Shown here: in pieces, positions 1 through 6,841 of the stretch
How the letters are laid out: every line of letters begins with the position of its first letter
How positions within the stretch are numbered: position 1 is the first letter of the stretch
IMG/VR virus record: IMGVR_UViG_3300023110_001575
Location: 1-64,000 of that record
Length of the DNA stretch: 64,000 nt
Source of the DNA: an uncultured virus (IMG/VR IMGVR_UViG_3300023110_001575)
Lineage: Duplodnaviria; Heunggongvirae; Uroviricota; Caudoviricetes
Reading direction: 5' to 3' (one strand)
The notes under the pieces: model-generated
What the model was told of the DNA's origin: nothing
Seen by the model: only the letters and a program-made list of their open reading frames with translations
Database searches by the model: none
Position numbers and translations under genes: made by a program

Positions 1-970
1 GGCCACCACCTGTCTTGGATGGGATACGTCTTTGATGTATTTCCGTTTTAACACGCTCCACAAACTGCATAGCAAGGTGTGAAGGCATGTTGCCCACATC
101 AACGTAGAATACTCTGCGCTCTGGCGCCCGTTGGACACGATAGATAATAATCGCATCTTCAAGCAGTTCTTTCTGCTTGTATACTTTAAAAATTGTTTCT
201 AATAGACTGTTACCAAACGGATAGTTGTTATCTAGCCCTTCGCTCATTGATAGATGAACAACATGTTCTGCATCGATTGCAGTTTCATTTGCATCTTGAC
301 TCCAACGGCTTGTGCTTTGATCAGGAGTTCTACCTGTCATATATTTGTTGTCAAGTGTTTGGTATCCAGGATTGTTACCGCCTGGACCGTAAACTTGATT
401 TGTATTGATTTTTGTTGCACTTAATCCTTCAAAGGCAATGTTAAGATCTTTTACAATATATTGCTCAGGACGTTTGCCTTCCGATTCGTTAACGATAATT
501 TTTGTTACATTAGCAGGATCTACATGATACCATTTTTGTGTTTCAGGATCTCTAATAAAAAATTGGTCGCCAAACTTAAATGCATTTCTTATAACACGGA
601 ACATGCGTTTTTCAAATTCTTGTATCTTGCACCATTGTTTTAGATACTGACCAAGAATTTGTACTTCGCTTTTTGTTGCACCTTTGTTAAACTCAATATT
701 AAAAGGTGTGTTGTTTTGTTTGTTCTTTTGTGTGCAAAATTCTGCTAGGATGTCTAGTGCAGCATTAACTTCAGAGTCATTATCCATTGTGTTATATTGA
801 CCATAACGCTCAACACGATTTGGTGATCCGACATAAACATCAGGAAGGTGAGATGAATAGTTTGCTGCTGCTGGTCCCATTCCTTGACCTTGTGTAAAAC
901 TAAATGGACTGAAGTTACCGGTAGGATTGGCACTCGTTGCTACTGGTGTAAAATATTTTTTCCAACTCAT
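1..970 (-). CDS. gp20: T4-like portal vertex protein (5' part; runs off the left edge, absent from ORF track)
   Basis: Manual minus-strand translation from ATG at 970 gives MSWKKYFTPV...YNTMDNDSEVNAALDILAEF... and, near the edge, LLEDAIIIYRVQRAPERRVFYVDVGNMPSHLAMQFVERVKTEIHQRRIP, matching the gp20 YR..RAPERR.FY.DVGN.P signature. The start overlaps the tape-measure stop (ATGA). Confidence 0.93.
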   Translation of the reverse strand, partial: MSWKKYFTPVATSANPTGNFSPFSFTQGQGMGPAAANYSSHLPDVYVGSPNRVERYGQYNTMDNDSEVNAALDILAEFCTQKNKQNNTPFNIEFNKGATKSEVQILGQYLKQWCKIQEFEKRMFRVIRNAFKFGDQFFIRDPETQKWYHVDPANVTKIIVNESEGKRPEQYIVKDLNIAFEGLSATKINTNQVYGPGGNNPGYQTLDNKYMTGRTPDQSTSRWSQDANETAIDAEHVVHLSMSEGLDNNYPFGNSLLETIFKVYKQKELLEDAIIIYRVQRAPERRVFYVDVGNMPSHLAMQFVERVKTEIHQRRIPSKTGGG

Positions 971-3900
971 CTACCTAAACTCCTATACAGGTTAGTACTG
1001 CCTTTTGTATTTCTTGCAATGCCTTTTTCGACACTTAGCCCTTCACTTAGCAAATGCACAGCCATTTTCATATTGTTATTTAACTGATCTATCTTCTGAA
1101 TTAACTGAGTCTGGTCCGTACTTGAACCTTGCCTTTCGTAGAACGCATCTAGAAGTTGTCCTGCTTCTGTATTCCTAGGCACAACTGCTTCATTACCGTG
1201 CAATATTGCATGAGTTCCTCTACCAAAATCTCGGAACCCATTTGTTCCAGTGGCAAATTCAGGAAAGGAAGGACTATTAGGATAAAGTGCCATGATACTC
1301 TGACGTAATGCATCAGGATCGGTCATAAGAGCATCTAAATTAAGTGCGTCTGAGACAGGATCAGTTACTAAGTTTAAAAATTTAGCAAAATTTCCAGAAA
1401 TAACACTGCCATTGTCAATTGATCGTTGAACTTGTTCTGCACGTATAGTTTGTATTAAACTTTGTAATTCGTTCTTGTCAAGTTGTTCGCCTGACATAAA
1501 GCGAGTCATAGCATCATCACGTTGCGTGTCTGTCATCTTAGCACCTGGGATAAATGACTTTGCATATTGACCTAAAGATTTTAGAATTTGCATCATGCCT
1601 GCTTCAATTGAGATTGTCATCTCTTGAATTAATCTATCAATATAACTAGCAAAATCTTCGGTAGCCTCCATGCCTAGTAAATCTCTTACAGCGTTAATTT
1701 GGGTATTAATAAATGTTTGCATTTTGGTTTGTAAATCAGTAAGTGTTGTGTTCATCCACTCTTGAAACGTTTGGCCCCCTGGTGCAAATCCAAATGTATC
1801 TGCTATTGTATCCATTACAGTAATGATAGTGTTATTAATAGCATTCATGGTATTTGAAATACTTGTCCAAGTACTGTCAAACCATTCACGAAGTGTTTGT
1901 CCTTGTCCAAAACCTAGTGCATCTCTAAAGTAATTAACAGTACTATTCATTGTCGTTGTTACAGTGTCTATCATATTACTTATAGTTGCTAACGTATTGT
2001 CAAACCATTGTGTTAGACTTGTTTGGCCGCTTGTGCCTATAAATCCCTTTATATCGTTGTACAATGTAGTTATTTTAGATAATATACCGTCTGGACCGTT
2101 AAATGCATTCTCAATTGCTGTTACTTGAGTAGTAACAAATACCTTTATATCGTCGTACAATGTAGTTACTTTAGATAACACACCGTCTGGACCGTTAAAT
2201 GCATTCTGAATTGCTGTTAATTGAGTAGTAAGCCAATCTGATACTGTTGTACCTTGTGGCATTCCTAGTATTTTAGATAAATGGGTATCAACAGTGTTAA
2301 ACGCATTTGTTATACTATCAGTAATTGCTTTTCCAAATTCAGTACCCGAAAAGAAGCCTGCTATGCTTTGTTTGATACTATCAAACATACCACCACTTCT
2401 TGACTGTTCTCCATTTGGCCCTTGCTGAAGTTCTCCAAATGCAAAATCCATTATATTTGCAAACGTGTCTCTAAGAAGTGTTTTAAGTCCTTCAATAATT
2501 GTTAACTTACCGTCTTGATCTGTAAAAATACTTTCTAAATAATTAGCAAACTCTACAAGTTTTTCTTGAAGGTATCCTAATGCATCTCTTGCTTCTCCTG
2601 AATTTAAAAAATCGTTAAATCTTCTCAACCCTCTAGTAACAAATCCTTGTGGACCAAAAATTGCATTTAAAAAATCTTTTACAGTGTTTGTTACTGTGCT
2701 AAGACCGCCTGCTGCACCTGGAGAAAAGAAATTTTTCAAAGCGTCTCCAAACTCTCCAAACACTTCAAGTAATCCGCCTCTGCCGTCAGTACCGTCTACA
2801 ATTTCAAAGAATGCCCTAACAACTGATTTTCTCACGTCAGTTATTGCTTGTTCAAAGTTTCCTAGTGCAGATGTTAATCTATTCCTGCGTCCCTGTTCTT
2901 CTTCACTAAGTCCTGCATCTATTCCTCTGATACTGTTGAATTGGTATGCATAGTCTGCAACACTTGCAAGTGCAGCAACAACACCGTTACTACTGTTTTG
3001 CATTGATGTAAGTTGTGCAGGGCCATACTGTTGCGAAAATCTTTCTAGCGTAGGACCAAATCTGTTTTGCAAAGTTGAAATAACATCAGATAGTTCTTCT
3101 TCACCTGTAAAAACTCGTTGCATATAAGTTTCAATGCCAGGCATAGCCTGTACTAAAGCCTTGCCTAAATCAGTTTGTGCAACGCCATCCATTAGGTCTT
3201 GGAAGCCATCACTGAAACCCGGAAGTCTTGTGTCAAAGAACGTCAACGCACCACGCAAGTTGTTTCGTTCATTTTCATTTAATCGATTCAACTGATTTCT
3301 AATTCTAGCTTCAGTCATTTGCTGTGCCATTCTATCAGCAAGTTGTCTGCGTTCTTCACCTGTTAGTTTTGCTAGTCTATCAAGTTGTAAAATATAATTT
3401 GCTGCACTTGCTTGTGTTTGTCCATCAAATCTCAGTGCTTGTGACTGTCTCATTCTTTCGTTTGATAGAAAATCAATAAGTCCTTCGTTAACATCTTCAA
3501 TAGTGAAACCCATTGCAAAGAATTGTCTACCTAATCCTGTTCTAAACTCTTGACTGAATGTTCCAAGAAGTTTTGCACCGTTAGTTACAGTGCCTCCAAA
3601 AAACGCTAGATTTGCAGCATTGTCTCTTACCATTTGTGCAAAATCATCAAGACTCATTGATGCTTCTGCACTTATTTTCATCATTTCAAAAATACTATTT
3701 TCAAAACTTGCACCTACTGATGCTAAACTTCTAAATTGATCAACTGTGTGATCCAAGTAGCGTGTAAGTCTTGTTACAACATTTGTACTTCCAAAGATTG
3801 CTTCAGCAAAGTCACTAGCCCGTGTGCCTCCAAACGCAAGTTCTTTAGCAAAACCTTTAAGGCCTTTGCCTGCTGCTTCTGCTGCTTTGCCTAACTTACT

Positions 3901-4086
3901 GACTTTGTCAGTGCCATCTTTTTGTGCTTTATTATAATTTTCTTGTATACGTGTTGCTGTATCAGGGCCGCCACCGCCACCACGTCTTTCAGTTGCTGCT
4001 AATAAAGCCTGTAAGGTGGCTTCACTTGCTACGCCGTCTCTTGGACGGGGGCCGCCTACATTACTAATTTCTACATCTTCTGCCAA
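967..4086 (-). CDS. Tail tape measure protein
   Basis: 1039 aa, Ala/Gln/Thr-rich and helical-looking, with periodic Trp/Phe repeats. The C-terminal FATGTNGFRDFGRGTHAILHGNEAVVP motif is typical of tape-measure C-termini. Adjacent to the gp26-like gene. TTG start. Confidence 0.8.
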   Translation of the reverse strand: MAEDVEISNVGGPRPRDGVASEATLQALLAATERRGGGGGPDTATRIQENYNKAQKDGTDKVSKLGKAAEAAGKGLKGFAKELAFGGTRASDFAEAIFGSTNVVTRLTRYLDHTVDQFRSLASVGASFENSIFEMMKISAEASMSLDDFAQMVRDNAANLAFFGGTVTNGAKLLGTFSQEFRTGLGRQFFAMGFTIEDVNEGLIDFLSNERMRQSQALRFDGQTQASAANYILQLDRLAKLTGEERRQLADRMAQQMTEARIRNQLNRLNENERNNLRGALTFFDTRLPGFSDGFQDLMDGVAQTDLGKALVQAMPGIETYMQRVFTGEEELSDVISTLQNRFGPTLERFSQQYGPAQLTSMQNSSNGVVAALASVADYAYQFNSIRGIDAGLSEEEQGRRNRLTSALGNFEQAITDVRKSVVRAFFEIVDGTDGRGGLLEVFGEFGDALKNFFSPGAAGGLSTVTNTVKDFLNAIFGPQGFVTRGLRRFNDFLNSGEARDALGYLQEKLVEFANYLESIFTDQDGKLTIIEGLKTLLRDTFANIMDFAFGELQQGPNGEQSRSGGMFDSIKQSIAGFFSGTEFGKAITDSITNAFNTVDTHLSKILGMPQGTTVSDWLTTQLTAIQNAFNGPDGVLSKVTTLYDDIKVFVTTQVTAIENAFNGPDGILSKITTLYNDIKGFIGTSGQTSLTQWFDNTLATISNMIDTVTTTMNSTVNYFRDALGFGQGQTLREWFDSTWTSISNTMNAINNTIITVMDTIADTFGFAPGGQTFQEWMNTTLTDLQTKMQTFINTQINAVRDLLGMEATEDFASYIDRLIQEMTISIEAGMMQILKSLGQYAKSFIPGAKMTDTQRDDAMTRFMSGEQLDKNELQSLIQTIRAEQVQRSIDNGSVISGNFAKFLNLVTDPVSDALNLDALMTDPDALRQSIMALYPNSPSFPEFATGTNGFRDFGRGTHAILHGNEAVVPRNTEAGQLLDAFYERQGSSTDQTQLIQKIDQLNNNMKMAVHLLSEGLSVEKGIARNTKGSTNLYRSLGR
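2046..2231 (-). repeat. Tandem 96-bp (32-aa) duplication inside tape measure gene
   Basis: Two near-identical copies offset by 96 nt (cctttatatcg at 2046 and 2142), encoding TTQLTAIQNAFNGPDGVLSKVTTLYDDIKVFV and TTQVTAIENAFNGPDGILSKITTLYNDIKGFI. Confidence 0.92.
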
Positions 4087-4141
4087 TGAATCATTCCAAA
4101 TTAACTGCGCACATTATATTAATTCATATATATACGTGTAG

Positions 4142-4147
4142 TATTTA
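4142..4147 (-). promoter_or_regulatory. Putative T4-type late promoter core (TAAATA) for the tape measure-portal operon
   Basis: TATTTA on + (TAAATA on -) about 55 nt upstream of the tape measure start. The same motif precedes many structural genes. Confidence 0.5.
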
Positions 4148-4163
4148 TCCGGAGAAAAAATAC

Positions 4164-5021
4164 ATGCAGACAGCAACAGCAAACCCGCTGTCTAAACATT
4201 TTAGACAGCCTAAATTATATATCAAATTACCTAGTGGTGGAAATTTTTATCGTCCTGGTAGTCTTGTGCCTGAGCAAACGGGTGAATACCCTGTGTATGC
4301 TATGACAGCAAAGGATGAACTTATGTTCAAAACTCCTGATGCTTTGTTAAACGGCCAAAGCACAGTAAACGTAATTCAAAGTTGTATGCCCAATATCAAA
4401 GATGGTTGGTCAATACCTAGCATCGACATTGATGCTATATTAATTGCAATTAGAATCGCAACCTATGGCGAAGTAATGGAACTAGGTGTTAACATCAAAG
4501 AAATAGATGAAGAAAGATCATTTGAACTTGATTTGCGCACAGTTCTTGATGGACTAATTGCAAGACAGTATGATAATGTTTTTCAAATCGGCGACTTTAC
4601 TTTTGAAATTGCGCCGATGGTGTACAAAAAGTTTACAGAAATTGCTTTAAAAACATTTGAAGAACAACGTTTGTTTAGAATTGTTAACGACGATAACATG
4701 AGCGAAACAGATAAAATTACTCAGTTTAATGAAGCATTTGTTAGAGTTACCGAACTTAACATTAGTAATATTCTAAACAGTATTATGTCAATACAGTTTC
4801 AGGATGAAGAACCTGTTACTAACAGAGATCATATTATAGAATTTTTTGAAAACGCCGACAAAGACATTTACACTTCTCTTATAGTTCATTTAGATGAACA
4901 AAGAGAAAAGTTTGCAATACCGCCATTCAAGGCACGTCTAAGTCCAGCGGATATCGAAAGAGGAGCACCAGAAACTATTGATGTTCCGATTACTTTCGAT
5001 CAATCAAATTTTTTCGCCTAA
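4164..5021 (+). CDS. gp26: Baseplate hub assembly protein / tail assembly chaperone, T4 gp26-like
   Basis: NPLSKHFRQPKLYIKLPSGG...YAMTAKDELMFK...D.DAILIAIRIATYGE...NFF pattern typical of gp26-like proteins. Start moved to ATG 4164, which has a GGAGA RBS upstream. 285 aa. Confidence 0.75.
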   Translation: MQTATANPLSKHFRQPKLYIKLPSGGNFYRPGSLVPEQTGEYPVYAMTAKDELMFKTPDALLNGQSTVNVIQSCMPNIKDGWSIPSIDIDAILIAIRIATYGEVMELGVNIKEIDEERSFELDLRTVLDGLIARQYDNVFQIGDFTFEIAPMVYKKFTEIALKTFEEQRLFRIVNDDNMSETDKITQFNEAFVRVTELNISNILNSIMSIQFQDEEPVTNRDHIIEFFENADKDIYTSLIVHLDEQREKFAIPPFKARLSPADIERGAPETIDVPITFDQSNFFA

Positions 5022-5071
5022 GGATCTCAGCTCTGTCCTTAGAGGACATTCTTAAACAAGTTGAGATCCTT
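5009..5071 (+). promoter_or_regulatory. Putative -1 programmed ribosomal frameshift signal (T_TTT_TTC slippery heptamer plus 3' stem-loop)
   Basis: In-frame T TTT TTC at 5009-5015, two codons before the stop. Stem AAGGATCTCAGCT (5020-5032) pairs with AGTTGAGATCCTT (5059-5071), with an inner TGTCCT/AGGACA hairpin. The -1 frame is open for 76 codons. Confidence 0.75.
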
Positions 5072-5245
5072 GACAACGAATCAAAACAAATAAAATATGA
5101 TCTCTACAAATTGTCTTGGTACATGCGTGGAGGTGTTTCGGTGTCAGAACTTTACGAGATGAGTGTTGAGGACAGAGAAATCCTAGCAGGTATAGTAAAA
5201 GAAAATTTAGAAACTAGTAAAAAGACAGGACAGCCGTTTTGGTAA
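5015..5245 (+). CDS. gp51-like baseplate hub assembly segment, probably translated as a -1 frameshift extension of the gp26-like gene
   Basis: Open -1 frame: RLRISALSLEDILKQVEILDNESKQIKYDLYKLSWYMRGGVSVSELYEMSVEDREILAGIVKENLETSKKTGQPFW*. It has no good start of its own (first ATG at 5123 gives 40 aa). The S.SE...M..EDRE pattern resembles gp51-type proteins. Confidence 0.7.
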   Translation, partial: RLRISALSLEDILKQVEILDNESKQIKYDLYKLSWYMRGGVSVSELYEMSVEDREILAGIVKENLETSKKTGQPFW

Positions 5246-5764
5246 TTAAGAAGGCTGTGAAACTTTGTAGCCTTTTTTCTTAAGCATTGCAATTGCTGTT
5301 TTTTCTTCAGGTGAAATTCTTGATGTTGCCCACTGTGGTGTAGCATCCGGTGATGCAAACTTACTACGTTTCTTAGGATCACCAGCACCAGATCTTTGAA
5401 AGCCTTGCTGTGTTACTTTCTTTAAAATCTCATCTACTTCAGGATTGCTTAGTGGTTCATTTTCATCTCTACCACCTGCTTCTCTTGACTTACCTAAAAT
5501 CATATCAACATCAGTAGTAGGTAAACCTTTTTGTCTTAGAAAACCCTTGAGTTGATCAGGTTCTAGTTTTCCTTTTTTAATGCCACTACCTGCCATCCAT
5601 ACACTTAGATCTTTTTTGGTTTGGTTTGCATCTTTGCCTACATCAAGTTTTGCTTTTGCAGTTTTACTGCCTAATTTACTCATAGCACCAAGTCCTGCTC
5701 TTTTTAGCAATCCCATTGGTTTTTCACTTACGTTATCTTCACTAATAATCTCAAATACTTTCAT
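5246..5764 (-). CDS. Lys-rich hypothetical protein, possible internal head protein
   Basis: 172 aa, basic. N-terminal MKVFEIISE resembles leaders cleaved by T4-type prohead protease (I/L-x-E). AAGGA RBS and a TATAAATA upstream. Confidence 0.55.
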   Translation of the reverse strand: MKVFEIISEDNVSEKPMGLLKRAGLGAMSKLGSKTAKAKLDVGKDANQTKKDLSVWMAGSGIKKGKLEPDQLKGFLRQKGLPTTDVDMILGKSREAGGRDENEPLSNPEVDEILKKVTQQGFQRSGAGDPKKRSKFASPDATPQWATSRISPEEKTAIAMLKKKGYKVSQPS

Positions 5765-5793
5765 AAGACAATCCTTTTTGATGTTGTTATATT

Positions 5794-5801
5794 TATTTAT
5801 A
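5794..5801 (-). promoter_or_regulatory. T4-type late promoter TATAAATA
   Basis: Perfect TATAAATA on the minus strand 30 nt upstream of the ATG at 5764. Confidence 0.7.
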
Positions 5802-5813
5802 TGAATTATTTAG

Positions 5814-5886
5814 TATTGCTACTACGTAGCAATAAGTTTTCGCTATCGCTCAAACTATATTTGTTTTTTTATTAGTGCGAAGCACT
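5814..5886. other. Cluster of three short inverted repeats / GNA-type mini-hairpins
   Basis: TATTGCTAC-TAC-GTAGCAATA (5814-5834), AGTTT-TCGCTATCGCTC-AAACT (5835-5856) and AGTGC-GAA-GCACT (5874-5886). Confidence 0.75.
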
Positions 5887-5910
5887 TAGTTTCATGTAGA
5901 TTAATTAGTC

Positions 5911-6160
5911 AGACGGAACCTTGCAGCGGTTCCATCCTCCTCGAGCTTCATGTGAGTTGCATAGCCGAGACTTGGAAGTAGGTATTTGACTTTGCTACTG
6001 GGCTCTAACCTTTCCCAACCTACGTCGACATCACGCAAAATGCGCTATCCCCCGCTTCGTTCCTAGTGCTAAGGGGTTTTCGTAGCATACAGCCTGTGGG
6101 ACTTCACCAGTGTCTGATCACGTGGTTACGTGAAGCTCAAGGTGGATCGAACAATTCCGA
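5911..6160 (-). ncRNA. Putative structured non-coding RNA of unknown family, directly 3' of the GIY-YIG gene
   Basis: ORF-free and visibly GC-richer than its surroundings. It has a 15-position closing stem (6142-6128 with 5953-5939), internal stems GTAGGT/ACCTAC, TGGG/CCCA and CCCC/GGGG, and a 3' hairpin at 5911-5937 whose mismatches become G-U pairs only on the minus strand. Confidence 0.6.
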
Positions 6161-6595
6161 TCAAACAGTGTCCTGATGTGCCTTTAAATTTTCTCTAAGT
6201 ATTTTTGAACCACCAACTCGAACGTTTATAATACCATTATAGTATTCATCTGTTTCTAAAACTCTACGTTCAAATTGTTCTCGTGCCTCTAAATATGACA
6301 TTTCGCCTCTAGATTTACAAAAATAAAGTATTTCTCTTGTAAACTTGTTTTCGCCTAATTTTTCTACGTCTGCTATTAGTTTATCTGACGATCCCCAATA
6401 GTCTCGCCAATCTGATTCCTTGTAGCCTCGTCTTTTATTTTTTTTGCCTTTAAGCGGTGGTTTGGTTGTTTTAAACTTTGCTAGTTTTTTGCCTACGTAT
6501 TTGCGATTGTCCGTTAAATTAGTAATAAGGTAAACAAACCCTTCGTACTCGTTTGGTATTTCTGTTACTTCTTTACCTTGATATATCCAATTCAT
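6161..6595 (-). CDS. GIY-YIG family endonuclease (EndoII/Seg-like, single domain)
   Basis: GFVYLITN...RKYVGKK motif, YWGSS, F.REIL, YLEAREQF (catalytic Glu candidate) and YYNGII. 144 aa. Confidence 0.85.
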   Translation of the reverse strand: MNWIYQGKEVTEIPNEYEGFVYLITNLTDNRKYVGKKLAKFKTTKPPLKGKKNKRRGYKESDWRDYWGSSDKLIADVEKLGENKFTREILYFCKSRGEMSYLEAREQFERRVLETDEYYNGIINVRVGGSKILRENLKAHQDTV

Positions 6596-6613
6596 ACAGT
6601 AATTTATGTGTGC

Positions 6614-6841
6614 CTATGTGCTTTCTTCTCTTGTTTTGGATAGAGGATGTTTTTTTAGTGCCTGTTGGTGTATTTCTTGTATTTCTAAACGTCTTACCTT
6701 TGCTAGTTTCATAATTTGACTTAAATGTTTGCGAACTACTCGTCTTTTTGCCTCAGATGGCCTTTGTAAAAATATTTCATTGGCTTTAAAGTAAGCCAAA
6801 TACTCTTTTACCAATTGATCATGTACATCGTCTTCAATCAT
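6614..6841 (-). CDS. Hypothetical small helical protein
   Basis: 75-aa ORF whose start overlaps the gp46 stop (ATGA). No recognisable motif. Confidence 0.7.
   Translation of the reverse strand: MIEDDVHDQLVKEYLAYFKANEIFLQRPSEAKRRVVRKHLSQIMKLAKVRRLEIQEIHQQALKKHPLSKTREEST

Noticed and set aside
193..1087. Short plus-strand ORFs (193-408, 461-643, 884-1087)
   Set aside because: They are antisense shadows of the portal and tape measure genes.
2046..2231. CRISPR array or DGR template/variable repeat pair
   Set aside because: Only two adjacent in-frame coding copies with no spacers. Differences are not adenine-specific and no reverse transcriptase is present in the window.
4086..4163. Longer N-terminus of the gp26-like ORF given in the ORF track
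   Set aside because: It would span the divergent promoter gap and abut the tape-measure start. ATG 4164 has a good GGAGA RBS.
5152..5388. 78-aa minus-strand ORF
   Set aside because: It overlaps the 172-aa gene in another frame and lies antisense to the gp51-like segment, so it is likely spurious.
5861..5886. Rho-independent terminator at the AGTGC-GAA-GCACT hairpin
   Set aside because: The T run lies 5' of the hairpin on the plus strand and reads as an A run 3' of it on the minus strand, so neither orientation gives a hairpin followed by a U tract.
5911..6160. RNase P RNA, tmRNA, tRNA or group I intron identity for the structured element
   Set aside because: GAAGUCCC and CUCGGCUA loosely recall the RNase P P4 strands but are not complementary to each other. 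There is no tRNA-like acceptor/T-arm or CCA end, no convincing group I P7 (R/S) pair, and the flanking genes are not interrupted.
6161..6595. Intron-encoded or mobile homing endonuclease
   Set aside because: The gene is free-standing, neighbours are intact, no C-terminal NUMOD/HTH DNA-binding domain is visible and there are no insertion hallmarks, so it was not called a mobile element.
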